Origin: Tubulanus polymorphus
Lineage: Eukaryota; Animalia; Nemertea
Direction of reading: 5' to 3'
NCBI RefSeq assembly: GCF_964204645.1
Contig: NC_134025.1
Span: 28,438,299 to 28,502,298 of the forward strand
Length of the DNA: 64,000 nucleotides
Below, one piece after another: positions 57,501 to 64,000 of the stretch (its first letter is position 1; each line of letters begins with the position of its first letter). A program made the position numbers and the translations under genes. The notes below the pieces were generated by a model. That model had not been told where the DNA came from. It saw only the letters and a program-made list of their open reading frames with translations, and did no database searches.

Positions 57501-59304
57501 CCACGCAGTTTCCCAGAGGCAGTCACAGATCCAGCTCTCCTGATCATATCATCAATATTTTCCTCAGTTGGTATTTCTTCTTCTTGACCAGTTTCGCTGA
57601 AAAAGGCAATCATCAGTCAGTAAAGTTAAAAATGAATGGAAAATATTGAAGACAAAATGCTTGAACTTCACAAATTCAACACAAACCGGTTTTGTTTTCG
57701 AATTCTTTTTTGTCTTCTCATTAAAGATTTCTTAGCTTCCTCTTTAGAGTTGATTTTAAAGACTTCCATCATCTTGTCAGTTCCCTGGTTGATATGAATT
57801 CATCATTTCAATGAACATATGATAAACTACATTAAAATACAGATCTCAGACAACTAAACTTACGTGACATGCGAGGATTGAACCGGTTTGATCCAGTTTG
57901 AGATTCACTACACGATCTTTTCCATGTCGCAGTAAAGATCCAATCTTTTCACAGGTAAGAATTCTCTGCAAAATAACAAACATTTATACAGAATAAAAAC
58001 ATTAGAACTCTTAAGGTGTACGTAGCCTCTGTTTACTCCATTTATTTATCCCAGAAAACCTCTTCTTACCTCCTCTTCTTCATCTTCATTTTCATCATCA
58101 CTTTCTCCACTTTCTATTTTAGCTTTCTTTTTTGTTGGTTCATCATTACTATCATTATTACTGGTTTCCTACAAGCAAGGGTTTATAGATAACACTAGTT
58201 TGTCCTGACTGACAGTGTGAATATGAGGCTTATCTAATCTACCTCTAGACTATCATCGATATACTGTAAATCCCACAATCTCAGTTCATTATCTCCACTA
58301 CCTGTCACAAGTCTTCTCTCTTCGGGTGTTATAACAAAATCCCAAACCTTAATATATATAAAAAACATAATATTTAATGATTCGAGGACAAAACTTCAAA
58401 TGGGATGAGATCGAGACAGAAAATACGAACCTCTGTCCTATGTCCAACTAGTGTCTTAAAACAGTGTTGAGTAGAAAGATCCCAGAACTTCACAAATGTG
58501 TCTTTAGAACTGCAAAATGAGTTTAATTGTAATTTCTGGATACTAAACTTTAATCAATATCTGAAAATTTCAAGTCGTTATTTGAATGCATGTACCTTGT
58601 AATAAGAAGGTCTCTTTGTTTCAAAAACCGAGCTTGCGTGATTTGACCTTTGTGTCCTTTTAAACGATATAAACCCGCTTCATTGACTATATCCCATACA
58701 ATCACATCAGTGTCCTGGATTAATTCGATCAGATAATAATTCAACAAAAATGATAAAAACGGAAACTTTAGCGAAATTGAATTTCAAGAATGTCATCCTT
58801 ACCCTAGATCCAGACACAAGTTGAACTCCTATATGATCGTAATTAAGAGCAGTCACAGCTGATTTGTGTCCGCTAAAAACTATGACATTTTCACCAGTTT
58901 CTACATCAAATATGTTTATTTTACCATCAGCATAACCGACCGCTATATGCTTATTATCTGGTGATGCGGAAATTACTGAAACTTCCGACTTATCTCCGAA
59001 AAATTTGTTAACCTGTTACACAAAATTAAAGGAGTTGAATAGGTGTTAATTTGGTCTCAATAAATGCGAAGACTGGTGAAAAATGAAAATTTTTGAATTT
59101 TGAGGCGATTGAATTAGGAGATAAGAATTATCCAAAGATACTTACTACAACCCCGGTTTTGATGTCCCATATAAGAACGTGCTCACAAGCTCCAACTGCA
59201 CATTTTTTCTGTCCATCAAAATATACCACATTTGCCTTTGGACTACCGATTATTCCAAACACTGCACCAGCGACATAGCGCAAGTATTGTTTAGTCAATC
59301 CCAT
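54518..59304 (-). CDS. WDR3: WD repeat-containing protein 3 (Utp12/Dip2)
   Basis: [10 protein letters not shown] start; WD40 repeats ([65 protein letters not shown]); Utp12 C-domain ...[10 protein letters not shown]...KT*. Confidence 0.95.
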
Positions 59305-59902
59305 TGAAAATTGGCAGGGATACTTTTTGATTAAAATTCCTTTTCCACAAATTATAGATATTTATTTGACGTTGAACTGAAAATAGATGAAAAGAAAAAG
59401 GAATCAAAAATACAACAATAGCCATCGAGTCAAATGAAGATGTTCCAGGCAGTCATAATGTAGTTTTGACTGTTTCATTCGGCAATTAGTACAATTCTTA
59501 ATATTTGATTTTGCTCCGATTCAGTTCTTAGAGTAAATATGACGAAAATAACACTCGGAACAGAACAATCAACTAGATTATTTTTATTTGAATAGGTTAA
59601 ATAACCCTTAGAAAGTCTATACGATAACATTAAAGTGATTTAAAAGAAAAAAGTACTCACATGTAACACATGTATCGGCTCGACGACCTTGAGAATACGA
59701 GTGCGCGATGGCGCTTCTGTTGCTAGAGACGCCATTTTGGTGTAAGAGGGGCGATACTTTCTGAAAAGTTGCCAAAATCATGCAAATTGTCGTGTTCTGA
59801 ACCAGGAATTCTCCCCAGAATTATATACCGATTTAAATTCACTCTTAGCCAATAACAGAGCGTTCTATATATAGAGGTAGTCCAGTTCCAAGCGAGTCCA
59901 AA

Positions 59903-62900
59903 ATGGGTAAGAAAATAAAAATCTCTTCCAGTTCCAACCAATTCAATCAATTCAGTATTCACGCAGGTCTGCCTAGACTAGATTTTCAAAACATTACAAA
60001 CAAAATCTATTCAACTAATGTTTCTTTCTGGTTGTTTGAATGGATACCTGTCTTAATGTTGCTGAAACAGATTTCTGCCAGTCAATCAAAAAAGTTTGAT
60101 TGGCGAATGAATAGGTTTTTGTATTTTGTGCTGTAAATAAAACATTTTACTACGTGGTAATCAAATACTGAATAGGCCTAAAATGTATTAAACATGGTGA
60201 TGAAGTAAAATATAATGCTATGTTTGTTACAGTGGAAGTACTGGTAGAGTTTGAATACGAGGCCGTTGAAGATGATGAACTCTCTCTTAAAGTTGGAGAC
60301 GTCATCAAAAATGTGATCATTCAAGACGGGGGTTGGTGGGAAGGAGACCTCCGAGGAAAACGCGGTGTATTTCCTGATAATTTCGTCAAGGTAAATATAA
60401 CAGAAATTACGCCGAAATTTTGTAACGATTTCGATAATTAGATTTCGTTCATTTGCTTGTTTTTTTTTTAAGGTTCTTAAAGAAGAAAAGAAAGAAGAGA
60501 AAAGAGAACCGGTTCAAACTGTAACCGAACTAAAGAATAAACTAACCCCGAAACAAGCCTCGACGAAGAATGCAAATATAAAGCGAGGTAGAATAATGAT
60601 TAAACATCAGTCATTATTAATCTGTTTATTGTTGGAAAACATTTACTTTCATTGTAAAACGCTTTGTGACTTGTATAAACACGACCTAGTGACCTTCATT
60701 GTTGACTCAATGTCATTAATACAATACAAATAATACGTCCTGCTATTACGCTTGATTCATCGAAGCGCAACTTACAGAAACGTGTCCCGGACTTCATTTG
60801 TCAAAATTTCGGTTTTATTTTGTTTTACACAGATAGTTCGACTAAAAAGAAATTGTTCGCGAAAGCTCGATACAGCTACACGCCGACGAAAGATGACGAA
60901 TTACGTTTGAATGTCGGTGACATCATCGAAGTATTAGACCAGGTTAGTACAGTAGACCTAGCTAAAACCAGATCAGTTTAAGCATAAGCTTTCTCCATGA
61001 GTGGTTATAAGTGGATTGTTTTTACATCAGGGCCCAGTTCCATGGTTCCGAGTTAAGATTTGACCCTGAGTTAACTCATTGAAAATGAACTAACTTTAAC
61101 TCACTCTTAACTCTAACTCATAACTGTGGAACTGGGTCCTGGGGCTCAAAAGTTGATTAGAGTTAACCAGCGAATGTTGACATAGTGACATTTAAATGTT
61201 CACAATTACTGTGGTATCCGCCAGTTATTTTTAACCAACTTTTAAAGCAACTGGCCCCTGATTGTGTGATTATGATCTGAACTAGAATAATTTTAGGTTT
61301 ACTTTGATCGTTGCTCGAAGTGGCCAAAATTTACTAAAAAAATGTTTATCTCCTACAACAGGAAGAAGAAGGCTGGTGGTCTGGAGTTCACAATGGTCAT
61401 ACCGGAGTATTTCCATCTAACTTTGTTGAAACTGTCGCTGAAGATGAAAAGACCGAATCTGGTTCGTATAAATCTGTGAATTAACGTACCGGTAGTTTCA
61501 ATCGGTCATTGAAAATGATTACCGCAATCGTTATTTGTTTATAGAAGCAGCTGAAAATAAGGAAAAATTCAAGGAAATCAAAGGCAAAAAGGTCGTCGGT
61601 GTCGGACTCGGGAATATATTCCAAGGTCAGAATATTCAATTGAAACCGACTGGTAGCAAGAAAGGGGATGATTCAAAGGTAAGTACGAATATCAAATATC
61701 ATCTGTTCATCACTTATTACATTACTCTCATAAATGAGCTTTTATAAAAAAATACATCAAGAAGATTGATTCCACACTTAAAGACTAAAAATAAAGAATT
61801 TAAAGGATAATTGATATGGTCTCGATAAGCATTCAAATTTTTTAAACTATTGGTCTTCAATAATTGGATGAGTTGTAATCACCTATTCCACTGATAAGCG
61901 TCACATATTGATTACTCGTTAGTGTGATGTGATCGAATGATTGTATATTCTAGGGTTCTGCTGCTAAAAAGACTCAAGCTGAAGAAAGTCCAGTTCTTCC
62001 ACCGAGACCGGCGAAACCTAGTAAGTTTGGATTTAGCACCGTATAGCTGTGTAGCTGTAGATTCTAAATGTCTATCAATATATATAACCTGTGTAACTGT
62101 TCCTATAACCTTCCATGTTTAACCTCTGTTTAACAACTAATACAAACCACAGAAAAATTCCAAACATTTCTAGATACTTTTGCTCAAAAGTTGGTAAGAA
62201 TTATTGGCCTCATTGTTATTGTTACGAAAAAAAAAAATTCCATATTTTTTCCTCAGTAGTTGTGGCAACTATGCTTGTGGTTTCTATCAGTTGTTCTCTG
62301 TCCGTCCTGACACCCGTCTCTTTCCTTTAACCTCTATTGCTTTGCACTTCCTTCTCTTCTAGTCCTGCGTGGTAAAGCCCACAACAGCATTGACATGAAG
62401 TCAACATACTTCGGTCGGCGTGAAAATGATATCAAATCTGATATAACTAATAAACCACGTCGCAGTAGCACCGGTTCTAGTGCTGGCAATCCAGGTGAAT
62501 TTCAATCACACGCGACTGATCAACAGTTGCCGTCAGTTTTGCATGAAAAACAAACCGAATTCGATATTGAAAGTAAAGAAGATCGTAAAAAACAGTCGTC
62601 TAGCGACGAGAGCGCTGGCTCTCCAGTCGCTAAAAGAATTTGCAATAATGTTGATTATCCGAAATGGATTCATATAACTCCCAAGAAAAGAAAACGCAAG
62701 AAGCGTAATAATAATTCGAATCAATGTTCTCATAACGGGGTCGTTCATGTAGTCGGGCAGGGAATGATCAAACAAGGTCATGTAAGTCCACAGTCCAAGC
62801 CTTATGATAGGGATGATTTCGGCGTTAGGAATAGTTTTAGCTCGGTCGGTCCCGTTAATTCTGTCGATGATTCGGTAACACCTGGTCTAGAAGATGAGAA

Positions 62901-64000
62901 TCCTTTACCCGCAAATTTGACGATTAAAACCGATGACGCATTCGCGCATAGCCCGGTCCTCGTAACGAACAGTAAGACTGACCCCGACTGCCGCCACAGC
63001 ACGCCGGAAACTAGGACCGATTTTGAATCTTTCGAAATCAGTACAGTAGAGGAGACCAGCGTTTATGACTCTCCAGCTGTGAGTAATACAAACAGTACAT
63101 CTACAACTTATCTGACACCATCTGCTTTTTCTACTGATGACACAAGTTCTGTAGATAGACAGGGAGTTCATCATCGGTCACCGCGTTATTTCTACGACCG
63201 CGTTGCTTCATTCAATCATAACTACGAAGCTAAGCCGACTGTTACTGATGATTTGGAGAGCGAACGCACAATTACAGACTATAATGACGATGTAGCTTTG
63301 AAAACTCCGGACAAATCGAGCGCCTGTAGTCCTATCGACTTTACAGCTTTACCGGATAGTATAGCCGTACAGAGAAAACATATGTCTCGATTGAGTTACA
63401 GCGAAACGGAGCAACAGCCGCTTTCTCCTGGCGTTAATCTCAATTCGAACGCGATTGTTCGATTCCTCGACGCTGACTATGAAAGATCGAATGAAATTTG
63501 CGTAGAAAAAGATGATGAGAGTTTAAGATCGTCACAGTCGAGTTTGCCAGTTGATCGCGGAAACAAGGCGAATATTATTCATTATTTACCGATTATCACA
63601 GTGACCGATGTAGATGGAGTGACGACTGAGATTTCGTTCAACGTAAGACAAACCACCATCGACCCTACGATCCAACGAGCAATCAGCGCTATAACTACCA
63701 GTTCCATTTATAAAAAGAGCCATACTCTCGAGTCGCCGAAAGGCAACCGAAGAACTAATCGATATTCGACGGAAATGCGTAAATACGGAAGCGAATGTAC
63801 GATGAATGTGTGTAGAAGTGAAGTAGATAGCGGTGAAACGTACATTCAAACTCTGCGTCGACTCGGTAAATTACCGCCCAGTATTTGCGATATCTACGAT
63901 AAATGTAACACGTTTAACCGTCAGGACTGGACGGCGAAGTCCGACGTGCACTCGGAGCCGGTTGCAGAAGTGACAGTAGATAAAGCAGAAGTCGATGAGA
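59903..64000 (+). CDS. SH3KBP1: CIN85/CD2AP-family SH3 adaptor, 5' part (continues beyond window)
   Basis: 4-nt first coding exon ATGG|gt, then [23 protein letters not shown]...WWEG...GVFPDNFVK (SH3A), [13 protein letters not shown]...EEEGWWSG...GVFPSNFV (SH3B), [12 protein letters not shown] and [10 protein letters not shown]; then an in-frame open exon from 62363. Confidence 0.88.
61028..61260. mobile_element. Hairpin MITE copy 2 plus an abutting related element
   Basis: CAGGGCCCAGTTCCA...TGTGGAACTGGGTCCTG (61028-61141) is homologous to 23887-24000 and is followed by a segment ending GCAACTGGCCCCTG (61260). Confidence 0.7.

Overview
A gene-dense, AT-rich animal (invertebrate, probably lophotrochozoan-like; species not determinable here) genomic window with mostly 70-130 nt introns. 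No prokaryotic features, rRNA, intact tRNA or CRISPR were found. Splicing the exons by hand gives 14 protein-coding genes in order: B4GALT-family glycosyltransferase (3' part, +), COPS8 (-), EGLN1/PHD2 (+), SLX9/FAM207A (+), UBE2F (-), VPS25 (+), a DUF4062-STAND/NACHT NTPase (+), a divergent STAT (-), CEP295/Ana1-like (+), EIF2S3 (+), SFT2D (-), NHS/NHSL-like (+), MBTPS2 (-), WDR3 (-), plus a 15th, SH3KBP1/CD2AP-like (+), that runs off the end. Several MITE families (piggyBac-like, Tc1/pogo-like and others) and two U12-type introns are present. The best novelty candidate is the DUF4062-STAND NTPase, which ends in an in-frame PHF5A/Rds3-like three-zinc knot instead of WD40/TPR repeats and lies tail-to-tail with the divergent STAT. 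Other leads are a >545-codon exon inside the CIN85-like gene that the ORF track misses, a repeated (S/T)Q(H/Y)P motif in CEP295, tandem HREs at EGLN1, and a structured intergenic island near 50 kb. All family calls rest on recalled motifs, not on database searches.
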